A DNA stretch of 32,000 nucleotides from Mycobacteroides sp. CBMA 271 (GCF_009729205.1 NZ_VTHB01000006.1:233546-265545), one strand, 5' to 3'. Numbered from the stretch's first letter, positions 15,385 to 24,178 are shown. The notes: generated from the letters alone by a model not told the origin. Made by a program: numbers and translations.

Positions 15385-15529
15385 CTTCAGTCCCCTTTCC
15401 CCCACTTGTCTCGCGTCGTCCTAAGGGCAGATTTGCCCTTTCACTAAAGAAGGACGGCGGATCCCTCTATTCGGTTCCATCATTGTCCAAGATTTTTGGA
15501 TTTTTTTCTAGCAAACCTCAGTGGTCCCT

Positions 15530-15880
15530 TTAGCCCCAGCCCAGCTGGTGTAATCGCTCGTCGTCGATACCAAAATGATGGGCGATCTCGTGAATCACGG
15601 TGATCGTCACCTCATCGACCACTTCGTGTTCGCTGGAGCACATCTCCAGCAACGGCTCGCGATAGATCGTGATGGTGTCCGGAAGGGCGCCGGCGTAGAA
15701 ACTGTCGCGCTCGGTCAGTGCGATGCCCTCATACAGCCCGAGAAGCTCTGGATCCTCGGGATGACGCCCTTGGACCAGGACCACCACGTTGTCGATGGCG
15801 GCTGCAAGCTTCGGCGGCACAGTGTCGAGAGCGTCCGATACCAGCTCCTCGAACCGTTGCACGCTCATCTGGACAGGCAT
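15530..15880 (-). CDS. Small metallopeptidase family protein (zincin-like, DUF1025-type)
   Basis: 116 aa with the HExxH zinc motif in VIHEIAHHFGIDD. The sequence context is typical of the short actinobacterial 'metallopeptidase family protein'. Confidence 0.8.
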   Translation of the reverse strand: MPVQMSVQRFEELVSDALDTVPPKLAAAIDNVVVLVQGRHPEDPELLGLYEGIALTERDSFYAGALPDTITIYREPLLEMCSSEHEVVDEVTITVIHEIAHHFGIDDERLHQLGWG

Positions 15881-15908
15881 CAGGCGTCAGCCTCCGGGGC
15901 AGGCACAG

Positions 15909-17495
15909 CTAGGCGGGCCCGGGTGCCGGACCCTCCATCGGCGGGCCCCCTTCCATGGGCGGACCGTCCATTGGCGGAGGCGGTCCCGCCCCGGGGGGCA
16001 GCGTCGTCACGATCGTGTTCCCCGGCGGATTGCTGGGGTTCGGCGCTGCAGAGGACGTCGGAGGCTGCGAGGTCCGTGTCGGCTGCTGTGTCGTCTGCTG
16101 CGTTGGCTGTTGCGTGCGGGTTGGCTGCTGGGTGTACGTCGGCTGCTGTGTGTACGTGGGTTGCTGCGTCGGTGCAGGTGCAGGAGTGGTCGAGAGCGGA
16201 ATGGGCGGCATGTTCAGCCGGTCTGCGGGGATGTCCGGCGGCGGTATCGGCGGCTGTCCGTTGATCAGCAATTGCCCGCTCTTGGCGCTGTTGACCAGGG
16301 TGGACCATGCGCCGTTACCCAGGGTGGAGCCGATATTGCAGCTCACCTGCCGGCTACCGGCGGTCCAGCTGGGGAGGGTGATCGTGTTGTACGACAGCGT
16401 CAGCGTGGTGGCGCGGAAGCCGTCGGGATTGCCCATGTAGTCATTGGTCAACCGGGTGCAGTTGTCCTTGATGAACCCGTCCTGGTCGGGCTCGAGCGGA
16501 ACCGAACCCGGGAAATGCTCGGCCAGGCTCACCGTGCCGGTGATCTCCATGGCGTGGGCCTTATCGCAATCCACCGGGAGTTCGGTGGGCAGGTTTGTGG
16601 TGGCGTCGATGCCCAGGCACGTGCCCACGGGCCAGATCTTTGACTGATCCTGCGCGGCCACCTTCTCGCGGAAGAGTTGTTGCTGGTTATCGGCGCCGGG
16701 CAGCTGAAGCCCGCACAGCACTCGCCGCTCACCGGCCTCGATCCAGCCCTTATCTCCAGGCCACAACATGCCCATGGTGAACCGGCTGTTGGGGTCGTAC
16801 CGATCTCCCAAGTAGCGGTTGATGGCGACCTGGCACTGCTCTTGGCTGATTTCCTGGATGCGTCCTGCCGTGGGAGGTGGCGAATCGGGACCGTACTCCT
16901 TGCCGGGGAAGGTGCGCAGGTCGATGGATTCGGCGACCTCGAAGCGATGATCGTTGGCACAGTCGACGATGCTGACTTCGGCGGTGGAGGCGGGCCAGTT
17001 CAGGCATTCACCGGCCTTGGCCGAATTGAACGTGCTGTTGTTGGGTGCGCCCGTGCTCGGCACCGGATTTGAGTCGATCTTGTTGACCAATCGGTCCGCC
17101 GAGGTCCAGCCGTCCGGCAGTGCCTGGGTGAGACCTGCGATGAACAGACCGCCGAAGGTGACCAACAACAGTGCGCGGTGCGTGGAGCGCTCCTTGAGTC
17201 CCTCTTTCAAGCCGTCCCACCAGTGCGGCTTCTCGGATTCCGCGGCGTCGGCCGTGCCTTCGGGGGCCTGCTCGACGTCGGGGTATTCCAGGACTTCCGT
17301 GTGCAGGGCGTCAGCGGTGTTGACGGAAGCCTCGTCTGCCTCCGTGGACGGCACCTCAGCCTCCGGAGACTCGGCGGCGGAGTCTCCGGACGTATCGGTG
17401 CCCAGCGCGTCGTTGGTGGATTCGCCGCTGCCCGATTTTTGTGGGGCGGACTCTTCCTGTTCGACGTTCGGCGTGGGTTCTGCTTCGTCACTCAT
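15909..17495 (-). CDS. Septum-formation-family membrane protein (Rv3835-like) with an acidic N-terminus, one TM segment and a Pro/Thr/Gln-rich repetitive C-terminus
   Basis: From Met 17495 (MSDEAEPTPNVEQEE...) the protein is 528 aa. The TM segment is ALLLVTFGGLFIAGLTQAL. Two Cys-containing modules (GECLNW...IVDCANDHRFEV...QCQVAINRYLG...VLCGLQ and GTCLG...VDCDKAHAMEI...NCTRL...VSCNI) fit the Septum_form domain. The upstream 98 codons of the ORF track overlap the divergent ankyrin gene. Confidence 0.75.
   Translation of the reverse strand: MSDEAEPTPNVEQEESAPQKSGSGESTNDALGTDTSGDSAAESPEAEVPSTEADEASVNTADALHTEVLEYPDVEQAPEGTADAAESEKPHWWDGLKEGLKERSTHRALLLVTFGGLFIAGLTQALPDGWTSADRLVNKIDSNPVPSTGAPNNSTFNSAKAGECLNWPASTAEVSIVDCANDHRFEVAESIDLRTFPGKEYGPDSPPPTAGRIQEISQEQCQVAINRYLGDRYDPNSRFTMGMLWPGDKGWIEAGERRVLCGLQLPGADNQQQLFREKVAAQDQSKIWPVGTCLGIDATTNLPTELPVDCDKAHAMEITGTVSLAEHFPGSVPLEPDQDGFIKDNCTRLTNDYMGNPDGFRATTLTLSYNTITLPSWTAGSRQVSCNIGSTLGNGAWSTLVNSAKSGQLLINGQPPIPPPDIPADRLNMPPIPLSTTPAPAPTQQPTYTQQPTYTQQPTRTQQPTQQTTQQPTRTSQPPTSSAAPNPSNPPGNTIVTTLPPGAGPPPPMDGPPMEGGPPMEGPAPGPA
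16062..16172 (-). repeat. In-frame tandem 18-nt coding repeats (QQPTYT / QQPTRT units)
   Basis: The plus strand shows reiterated ggctgctg(t/g)gtgtacgt units, and the protein reads TQQPTYTQQPTYTQQPTRTQQPTQQTTQQPTRT. A second short repeat (PPMDGPPMEGGPPMEGP) lies at the extreme 3' end, about 15915..15990. Confidence 0.8.
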
Positions 17496-17580
17496 ACTGC
17501 AGTCATTGTTACAGGTGACGGCGAGGGTTAGCCCAGCGATGCAGTCCACATCCGCGGCTAGATTGAACTCTGTGACATCG

Positions 17581-18030
17581 ATGGAACCTGACCGTGATGA
17601 GGGCGGCGACGCCGGAGACCCTTCCGCGGGGGAAGCCGAACATCGGGCCCGTGTTGCCGAGCAGGTCGCCGGGCTCGCCGATGAACTGTTCGCCATGGCA
17701 AGGGAGGGAAATGCGTCCACCCTGGCCGCGTACCTGGATGCCGGCGCGTCGGTGGACCTGACTAACGAGGCCGGTGACACGCTGGTCATGCTGGCCGCGT
17801 ATCACGGGAACGCCTCGACGGTCCGGTCGTTGGTATCGCGCGGCGCGGACGTCAACCGCGCCAATGGCAAGGGGCAGACTCCGCTCGCCGGGGCCGTGTT
17901 CAAGGGCGCCGACGATATCGTCGACTTGCTGCTGAAGGCCGGTGCGGATCCCGCTGCGGGGACGCCATCGGCGGTTGACGCGGCGCGCATGTTCGGCAAG
18001 GACGAGTACCTGTCGCTGTTTGGCGCCTAA
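17581..18030 (+). CDS. Ankyrin-repeat protein (149 aa)
   Basis: From ATG 17581: an acidic N-terminus, then ANK-like units NEAGDTLVMLAAYHGNASTVRSLVSRGADVNRAN and GKGQTPLAGAVFKGADDIVDLLLKAGADP (G.TPL..A...G....v..Ll..GAd.n pattern). Confidence 0.75.
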   Translation: MEPDRDEGGDAGDPSAGEAEHRARVAEQVAGLADELFAMAREGNASTLAAYLDAGASVDLTNEAGDTLVMLAAYHGNASTVRSLVSRGADVNRANGKGQTPLAGAVFKGADDIVDLLLKAGADPAAGTPSAVDAARMFGKDEYLSLFGA

Positions 18031-18081
18031 CGGGCCTGACGGGTTAGTCGGCGTTTCGAACCTCCACGTAATGTTCTGCGA

Positions 18082-19338
18082 GTGATCGACCTCAAATTCC
18101 TGCGCGAAAACCCCGATGCGGTGCGTGCCTCGCAGCGTCTGCGGGGTGAAGATCCGGCCCTGGTCGATGTGCTCCTTGGTGCCGATACGGCACGGCGGGC
18201 CGCGGTGTCGACGGGCGACACCTTGCGTGCGGAGCAGAAGGGCGCCAGTAAGAAGGTGGGCCAGGCCTCGCCCGAGGAGCGTCCCGCGCTGCTGGCGGTC
18301 GCCTCAGAACTGGCGGCACAGGTCAAGGCGGCCGAGGCCGAGCAGGTTGTCGCAGAGGCGGCATTCACAGAGGCGCACAAGGCGATCAGCAATGTGGTGA
18401 TCGACGGCGTTCCTGCCGGCGGCGAGCAGGACTTTGTGGTCCGCGAGCTGGTCGGTGAGCCGAAGACCATCGAAAACCCCAGGGACCATGTGGAATTGGG
18501 TGAATCGCTGGGTCTGTTCGACATGGAGCGTGGCGCCAAGGTGTCCGGTGCGCGGTTCTACTTCCTCACCGGCTACGGAGCACTGCTGCAGCTGGGTCTG
18601 CTGCAGCTGGCCGTGCAGACCGCCGTGGCCAACGGCTTCACCATGTTGATTCCACCGGTGCTGGTGAAGCCCGAAATCATGGGCGGCACAGGGTTTTTGG
18701 GCGCACACGCCGACGAGGTGTATCACCTCGAGGCGGACGATCTTTACCTGGTGGGCACCTCGGAGGTGCCGATCGCGGGGTATCACTCCGGCGAGATCCT
18801 CGACTTAGGCAAGGGGCCGCTGCGCTATGCCGGGTGGTCCAGCTGCTTCCGGCGCGAGGCCGGCAGCTACGGCAAGGACACCCGCGGCATCATCCGGGTG
18901 CACCAGTTCGACAAGGTGGAGGCCTTCGTCTACTGCAAGCCCGAGGATGCCGAGGCCGAGCACGCGAAAATCCTGGGCTGGGAACAGCAGATGCTGGCCC
19001 ACATCGACGTGCCGTACCGCATCATCGATGTCGCCGCGGGCGATTTGGGCTCGTCGGCGGCGCGCAAGTTCGACTGTGAGGCCTGGGTGCCGACACAGGA
19101 GGCCTACCGCGAGCTGACCTCCACCTCCAACTGCACCACCTTCCAGGCGCGGCGGCTGGCGGTGCGGTACCGCGACGAGAACGGCAAGCCGCAGACCGCC
19201 GCCACGCTGAACGGCACCCTCGCCACCACCCGGTGGTTGGTGGCGATCCTTGAGAACCACCAGCTGCCCGACGGCAGCGTTCGGGTGCCCCCGGCACTGG
19301 TGCCCTTCGTCGGAACCGAAGTGTTGGAGCCCAAGTGA
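18082..19338 (+). CDS. serS: Seryl-tRNA synthetase
   Basis: 418 aa with a GTG start. [12 protein letters not shown] is the canonical SerRS N-terminus. Class II motifs include [25 protein letters not shown] and [18 protein letters not shown]. Confidence 0.95.
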   Translation: MIDLKFLRENPDAVRASQRLRGEDPALVDVLLGADTARRAAVSTGDTLRAEQKGASKKVGQASPEERPALLAVASELAAQVKAAEAEQVVAEAAFTEAHKAISNVVIDGVPAGGEQDFVVRELVGEPKTIENPRDHVELGESLGLFDMERGAKVSGARFYFLTGYGALLQLGLLQLAVQTAVANGFTMLIPPVLVKPEIMGGTGFLGAHADEVYHLEADDLYLVGTSEVPIAGYHSGEILDLGKGPLRYAGWSSCFRREAGSYGKDTRGIIRVHQFDKVEAFVYCKPEDAEAEHAKILGWEQQMLAHIDVPYRIIDVAAGDLGSSAARKFDCEAWVPTQEAYRELTSTSNCTTFQARRLAVRYRDENGKPQTAATLNGTLATTRWLVAILENHQLPDGSVRVPPALVPFVGTEVLEPK

Positions 19339-20153
19339 ACAAGATGTTCGACGTCGAGCTGGACGAGTTGCGCACCTGGTTCGGTTTCGGGGTTGCCGGG
19401 AATTTCGCCGGCCATCTCGAACAGGCAGGGGAATCAGCGGATTTCGTGAATGTCATCTCTGACGGTGTCGCTCCCAAGGGGATCTTTCCGTGGTACGTCC
19501 CGGGTGACGAGGGCTTCCTGGGTCAGTTCCCGCTCTCGCAGGAGGCGACAGCGCTGCCAGAGAGCGATACCCCGCTGAACCTGCAGATCGAGCCCGAGGT
19601 GGGGTTGGCGTGCCGGGTGCACTGGCGCGGCGATGTCGTTTCCTCGCTGGAACCGTTCGCACTGGGTGCCTTCAACGACTGCTCGATCCGCCGGCCGAAT
19701 GCCCTCAAGATCAGCCACAAGAAGAACTGGGGTCCGGCGTCGAAAGGTGTTGCGCGACAGTTCTTCGAGGTCAGCGATCTCACCCCGGACGGCCCAACCG
19801 CCACACTGCGACTGAACTGCCATTTGCACACGGCGGACGGGCAGGAGCACGAATACGGCGTCGACAGCCCGCTGCTCGGATACTCCTACTACGGCGAGGT
19901 GCTGCTGGACTGGATCACCGAGCGGCTGGACAACCAAAAAGGTTCTCCGGATACGCCGTTGGAGGATGTTGGTGCGCTGATGGTTGCCGCCGGCCATCCC
20001 GAGCAGGTGCTGATCGGGATCGGTGCCACTAAGTACACGCCGCTGGGTGAGTCCACCTACCTGCAGGCGGGCGATGAGGCGGTGGTCCGCGTCTACAGCA
20101 CCCAATCCGATGAGATCTCCGAGCTGCGCCAACGGGTTCATAGCGTCCACTAG
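19335..20153 (+). CDS. Conserved hypothetical protein, possibly a distant fumarylacetoacetate-hydrolase-like fold
   Basis: 272 aa. The start overlaps the serS stop (GTGA at 19335, or ATG at 19344). EPEVGLAC and FNDCSIRR...[10 protein letters not shown] loosely recall FAH-family metal/substrate motifs (E.E..., NDvS.R..Q....W...K). The functional call is weak, but the ORF itself has good coding character. Confidence 0.5.
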   Translation: MNKMFDVELDELRTWFGFGVAGNFAGHLEQAGESADFVNVISDGVAPKGIFPWYVPGDEGFLGQFPLSQEATALPESDTPLNLQIEPEVGLACRVHWRGDVVSSLEPFALGAFNDCSIRRPNALKISHKKNWGPASKGVARQFFEVSDLTPDGPTATLRLNCHLHTADGQEHEYGVDSPLLGYSYYGEVLLDWITERLDNQKGSPDTPLEDVGALMVAAGHPEQVLIGIGATKYTPLGESTYLQAGDEAVVRVYSTQSDEISELRQRVHSVH

Positions 20154-20200
20154 GTGGGAGGGTCGACGCGTCGGGCCTGCGTTCCGGCTAGCGTCGAGGC

Positions 20201-20659
20201 ATGACCGACGGCGTGACCTCGGATACCTACCGGGAACTTTCTGAAGACGGTGTACAGAAGCACAATAACCGGATGATCAGGCTGCTCCGTGAGAACGGGG
20301 GCAAGCTGCCGGGTATGCCCGATGACGAGATGCGGGTCCTCATCCTGACGATCACGGGCGCGAAGTCGGGACTCAAGCGGCTGACACCGCTGGGGTTCTT
20401 CGAGCACGACGGCCGCCGGTACATCGCCGGATCCAACGGGGGACAGCAGACCGCCCCGGCGTGGATCTTCAATGTGCGCGCCCACCCCGCCGTCACGGTT
20501 GAGGTGGTTCCGAATATCTACGAAGCCGTTGTGCGTGAGCTAGATTCGGATGAGCGCGCACAGATGTTCCCGGCGTTGGTGGCCAAGTACGCGTTCTTCG
20601 GCGACTATCAGTCGCGCATCGACAGGGTGATCCCGATGTTCGAGATCGTGCCCGTCTAG
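20201..20659 (+). CDS. Deazaflavin (F420)-dependent nitroreductase family protein (Ddn/FDOR-A, DUF385)
   Basis: 152 aa. The pattern is LILTITGAKSGLKRLTPLGFFEHDGRRYIAGSNGGQQTAPAWIFNVRAHPAVTVEV, then a later ERAQMFPALVAKYAFFGDYQSRIDRVIPMFEI. This is the typical T.G.kSG..r..pl......g....vaS.gG....P.W..Nl.a.P pattern. Confidence 0.8.
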   Translation: MTDGVTSDTYRELSEDGVQKHNNRMIRLLRENGGKLPGMPDDEMRVLILTITGAKSGLKRLTPLGFFEHDGRRYIAGSNGGQQTAPAWIFNVRAHPAVTVEVVPNIYEAVVRELDSDERAQMFPALVAKYAFFGDYQSRIDRVIPMFEIVPV

Positions 20660-22209
20660 TCGAGTTTCTTTGACCGCAGCTCGTGGCCTTTGGAGGTTAG
20701 GCAGCGGCCATTCTCCAGGTTCCACTCCCACCCGTGCAGGTTGCAGGTGAGGTTCTTTCCTTCCACCACGCCGAATTTCGACAGGTCGGCCTTGAGGTGC
20801 GGACAGCGTCGCTGGATCTCCCAGCCGTCCATGGTGATCGACGCGCTGTCGTCGTGGGCCTCGGCGAACCAACCGTCGGCGTAGGCGATGCGCTCGTCGG
20901 TGAGGCACTTGAAGAATGTGTACAGATACTCGTTGTAGCCGCCGACGCGCCAGGCCCTGAACCGGGTCGACAAGAAAATAGTGTTCACCCAGTCGGGTTC
21001 GTCATCCCGCAGCACGGTGCGCACCAGCTCGGGTGCGATCCCGAACCCATAGCGGAACTTTTCATTGGGGATGGGTTCACGGACAATGCGTTTCGGAAAA
21101 TCCAGCGCCACCGTCTCGTCACCCATGCGCAGCTCGACGGGATAGCCGATGCCATCGCAGATCTGATCGGTCTGCGCCATGATCGGCTCGAATTTGGCAC
21201 GCAGCGGCCCCAGTAACGGCTCGCCTTCGGCGGGTGCCCAGGAGGCCTTTTCGGCGGCCAGCACGGGAGCCATCCGCTGCGCGTATTCCTCGATGTAGGC
21301 GGCCTTGCCGGCGCCGAAGATGTGTTCGGCCTCCTCGTCGGACACGGGGTGTATCAACGAATTCAGTTCGGAGGCAGTGAAATCGGCGGCGGTCCCGGGA
21401 ATCATCAGCAGGCCCCTGTCGTGGCCGTGCTGGCGCATCTGGTCCAGGAAGACCAGCTGGTCCGGGAAGATGTTCGCCGGATCGCCGTGGTCGTCGTTGA
21501 GGTCGCGCAATTCCGTATCCAGGAAACACGGCGGCCCCGCGGATGGGATCACCCAGGTGGCGCCCACCTGCGCGATGTATTGCCGGCACCGGTCCATTCC
21601 GCGCTGCCGCTTCTGGGTGCCGAACGCCTCCTTGGCGCGGGCGGGCATGTCGTAGACCATCGGGTACCAGATGGCGCCCGAGTACTGCAGCATGTGCACG
21701 TCAATGTGCCCGAACTCTTCGGCGAGTACATCCAAGTCAACGGGGCGCGCGTCGTTCATATTGAAAGCTGTTGTGGTGCCGTCCGACACCACGAGTCCGG
21801 AGTCGCCGATGGGTCCGTCGGCGGGCGCCCGCAGCGCGATGATCATGATGTCGAGATCACCCTTGGGGCCCGTGACGCGACGCTTCACCGAATTCTCGGT
21901 CTCCACGAACGTGTGGAAGCCCAGTGCTTCGAGCTCGCGCCGCAGGTCCGGCACCGGGTAATCGGGGAGTAGCACCACCGCGTCCTTGTTGACGTGGTCG
22001 GTCAGGGTCTTCGGATCGAAGTGGTCCTTGTGTAGATGCGAGACGTAGAGGTAGTCGCAGTTCCCGAGCCGGTCCCAGTCCAGGGTGCTGTTATCGGGGA
22101 ACGGGAACCACGAGGCGAAGTACGCAGGGTTGACCCACGGGTCGCAGAGAATGCTTCCGGCGGCCGTCTCGATGAAGAATCCGGCGTGGCCGACACTGGT
22201 GACGCGCAT
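20656..22209 (-). CDS. MBL-fold metallo-hydrolase fused to a C-terminal Rieske [2Fe-2S] domain (Rv3818-like)
   Basis: From Met 22209 (MRVTSVGHAGFFIETAAGSILCDPW) the protein is 517 aa. The MBL motif is YVSHLHKDHFD. The C-terminal Rieske ligands are RCPHLKADL...LTCNLHGWEW (C-x-H ... C-x-x-H). Confidence 0.8.
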   Translation of the reverse strand: MRVTSVGHAGFFIETAAGSILCDPWVNPAYFASWFPFPDNSTLDWDRLGNCDYLYVSHLHKDHFDPKTLTDHVNKDAVVLLPDYPVPDLRRELEALGFHTFVETENSVKRRVTGPKGDLDIMIIALRAPADGPIGDSGLVVSDGTTTAFNMNDARPVDLDVLAEEFGHIDVHMLQYSGAIWYPMVYDMPARAKEAFGTQKRQRGMDRCRQYIAQVGATWVIPSAGPPCFLDTELRDLNDDHGDPANIFPDQLVFLDQMRQHGHDRGLLMIPGTAADFTASELNSLIHPVSDEEAEHIFGAGKAAYIEEYAQRMAPVLAAEKASWAPAEGEPLLGPLRAKFEPIMAQTDQICDGIGYPVELRMGDETVALDFPKRIVREPIPNEKFRYGFGIAPELVRTVLRDDEPDWVNTIFLSTRFRAWRVGGYNEYLYTFFKCLTDERIAYADGWFAEAHDDSASITMDGWEIQRRCPHLKADLSKFGVVEGKNLTCNLHGWEWNLENGRCLTSKGHELRSKKLD

Positions 22210-22278
22210 GGCTCCCAGCCTATCGAGCAGCGATTTAGGTGCAAAAAGGTGCGGATGGGGTGCGCTGGTCCGATCCTT

Positions 22279-22758
22279 ATGCACAGAAATCCCCTGGATA
22301 ATGGACTGGTGCCCTCCACAGACGGCCTCAGCGCCGACGTCCTGACCGTGATTGCGCGGCTCAACCGCTGGGTGTCCAGCCATGCCGCGCTGCCGGTGCC
22401 CACCGGGCAAGCACGGCTACTCGCTCTGGTCGGTGAGATAGAGGATGCGCGGATCTCGGAGCTGGCGCAGGCCGACCACTGCAGCCAGCCCACGATGACT
22501 GTGCAGTTGCAGCGCCTGCAGGACGCCGGCTATGTCGAACGCCGCGTCGATCCCGACGACAAGCGCGCGCAGCGCATCAAGCTGACTCCGGCCGGACGTG
22601 AGGCGTTGGCCGCCATGCGTGCGGAGCGGCAAGCGGTTCTCGATCCCTGGTTGAGCACGCTGCCCTCCGAGGAGCAGCGCACCCTTGCCGAGGCCGCCAC
22701 GATTCTTGAAGGCCTTACCCGCCGGATGGCCGCGAAGGCTAGCCACTCGGCACGATAA
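22279..22758 (+). CDS. MarR family transcriptional regulator
   Basis: The winged-helix core reads ARLLALVGEIEDARISELAQADHCSQPTMTVQLQRLQDAGYVERRVDPDDKRAQRIKLTPAGREAL. The start is ATG 22279, or alternatively 22255. It is divergent from the MBL-Rieske gene. Confidence 0.8.
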   Translation: MHRNPLDNGLVPSTDGLSADVLTVIARLNRWVSSHAALPVPTGQARLLALVGEIEDARISELAQADHCSQPTMTVQLQRLQDAGYVERRVDPDDKRAQRIKLTPAGREALAAMRAERQAVLDPWLSTLPSEEQRTLAEAATILEGLTRRMAAKASHSAR

Positions 22759-24073
22759 ACAGACTTCGCAACGCCGGCCAGGTGGTGCGCGACGGAGGGT
22801 CGACAAGCTGTTGCACACGTAGGAAGGCCTCGGCCATGGTGATGTCCCGTGCCATTCCTGCGCAGATCCTGTCGAACCACCAGCGCCAGAGCCGTTGCGG
22901 AGCCGCCAGCCACCCGTGTCTATCGAAGACCGCCCAGTCAACCTGCAGGTAGGTAACCCATAAGGGCTGAATCACTGTTGTGGTGCGCCGGAAGAATCGG
23001 CGGGCCAGATTGGGGCCGCCGTCGGCGAGGCAGTCGCGCAACGCAATGGCCTCACACGCGGAGACAGCCATGCCTTGGCCGAAGATGGGATTGAGACTGC
23101 AGATGGCGTCGCCTATGGCCAAGAGCCCCGCAGGGAACTTGCGCATCTTGTCGTATCGATGCCAGGACGGGCCGGAATGGCGGTGCCGGGCAACCGGGGT
23201 GAGCGGCTCGGCGTCCCTCAGCACCTGCACCGTCGCCGCCGGAAACAGCTCGCCCGCGTAGGCGAGCATGCCGTCGCGATCCGCAGGGGCGCTGTCACCG
23301 TCCGCGTTGGTCACTGAGAAGACCCAGGTGTTGTGTTCGGCTTGCTGAAGAGCCCCACCTACCAAACGTCCTGGATCCGGCTGCCGCATGACCAGCTTCT
23401 CGTACAGCGCATGCGGGGGCAGGCGCAACCATTGGCTGGCATAGCTGAAGGGCCGCCGAATCTGTTGGAGCCGTGGTCGCGTGTACCCGTGGTTTTCCAG
23501 CAGCAGCGGAAGGCGTGAGCCCTGCCCCGTCGCCTCGATCACCAGATCGGCATGCAGTGCCTGCTCAATTCCGTTGTTACGGGCTGCGATCCGCACCCCG
23601 GTCACGCCGTGTGTGGTGTCGACGAGCAGATCTACCAGGTCGTGCCCGTCTAGAATCGAGACATTGCTGATGCTGCTGACACGCTGGCGGACAGTCGATT
23701 CCAGGAGAATCCTGCTGGGGAACCAGAACTTCATCGTGTCGGAATGCGCGAAACGAGCGGACCGATTCATCTCATGCCCACGAGTCCACAGTGAGACGCG
23801 GGAGAGGTCGCCTTCCTCACTGACCGCGACACCGGCCTGGCGCAACTCGCCGTCCAGGCCTGGGAACAGTTGTGTCAATGCCTGCATGCCGCCGAGTAGC
23901 AGCCCGTGCAGATGCCTCCCCTGGGGCACCCCGCGGCGCTGCTGCGGACCGTCAGGCAGCACGTCGCGCTCGACGACCGTCACGGCGTCATAGAACTCCG
24001 ACACCACTCGCGCCGCGGCCAGCCCGGCCATACCGGCACCGAGTACTACGGCGTGCACACCTCGTCGTTCCAT
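22739..24073 (-). CDS. FAD-dependent oxidoreductase / flavin monooxygenase-like protein
   Basis: 444 aa. The N-terminal dinucleotide-binding motif is HAVVLGAGMAGLAAARVVSEFYDAVTVVERD, and a later GDAICSLNPIFGQG segment is GD-motif-like. Confidence 0.8.
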   Translation of the reverse strand: MERRGVHAVVLGAGMAGLAAARVVSEFYDAVTVVERDVLPDGPQQRRGVPQGRHLHGLLLGGMQALTQLFPGLDGELRQAGVAVSEEGDLSRVSLWTRGHEMNRSARFAHSDTMKFWFPSRILLESTVRQRVSSISNVSILDGHDLVDLLVDTTHGVTGVRIAARNNGIEQALHADLVIEATGQGSRLPLLLENHGYTRPRLQQIRRPFSYASQWLRLPPHALYEKLVMRQPDPGRLVGGALQQAEHNTWVFSVTNADGDSAPADRDGMLAYAGELFPAATVQVLRDAEPLTPVARHRHSGPSWHRYDKMRKFPAGLLAIGDAICSLNPIFGQGMAVSACEAIALRDCLADGGPNLARRFFRRTTTVIQPLWVTYLQVDWAVFDRHGWLAAPQRLWRWWFDRICAGMARDITMAEAFLRVQQLVDPPSRTTWPALRSLFIVPSG

Positions 24074-24178
24074 TGGAGACTCCCGTCCGCCCCGACCTCC
24101 CCCGGGGAGTATTCAGGGATCGGGTGTGACCGACCGGAGTTCGCATCTCGATTGGGTTGCGACTCCCTAAGACGGTCC

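Noticed and set aside
16062-16172. Short tandem DNA repeats that might be mistaken for a CRISPR-like or non-coding satellite array.
   Set aside because: The units are 18 nt, contiguous without spacers and in frame. They encode the QQPTYT repeats of the septum-formation-domain protein.
24095-24120. The palindromic ctcccccggggag between the FAD-monooxygenase start and the membrane-protein stop, as a possible terminator.
   Set aside because: The loop is too small for a stable hairpin (effectively a 5-bp stem with a 3-nt loop). No U-tract follows in either orientation.
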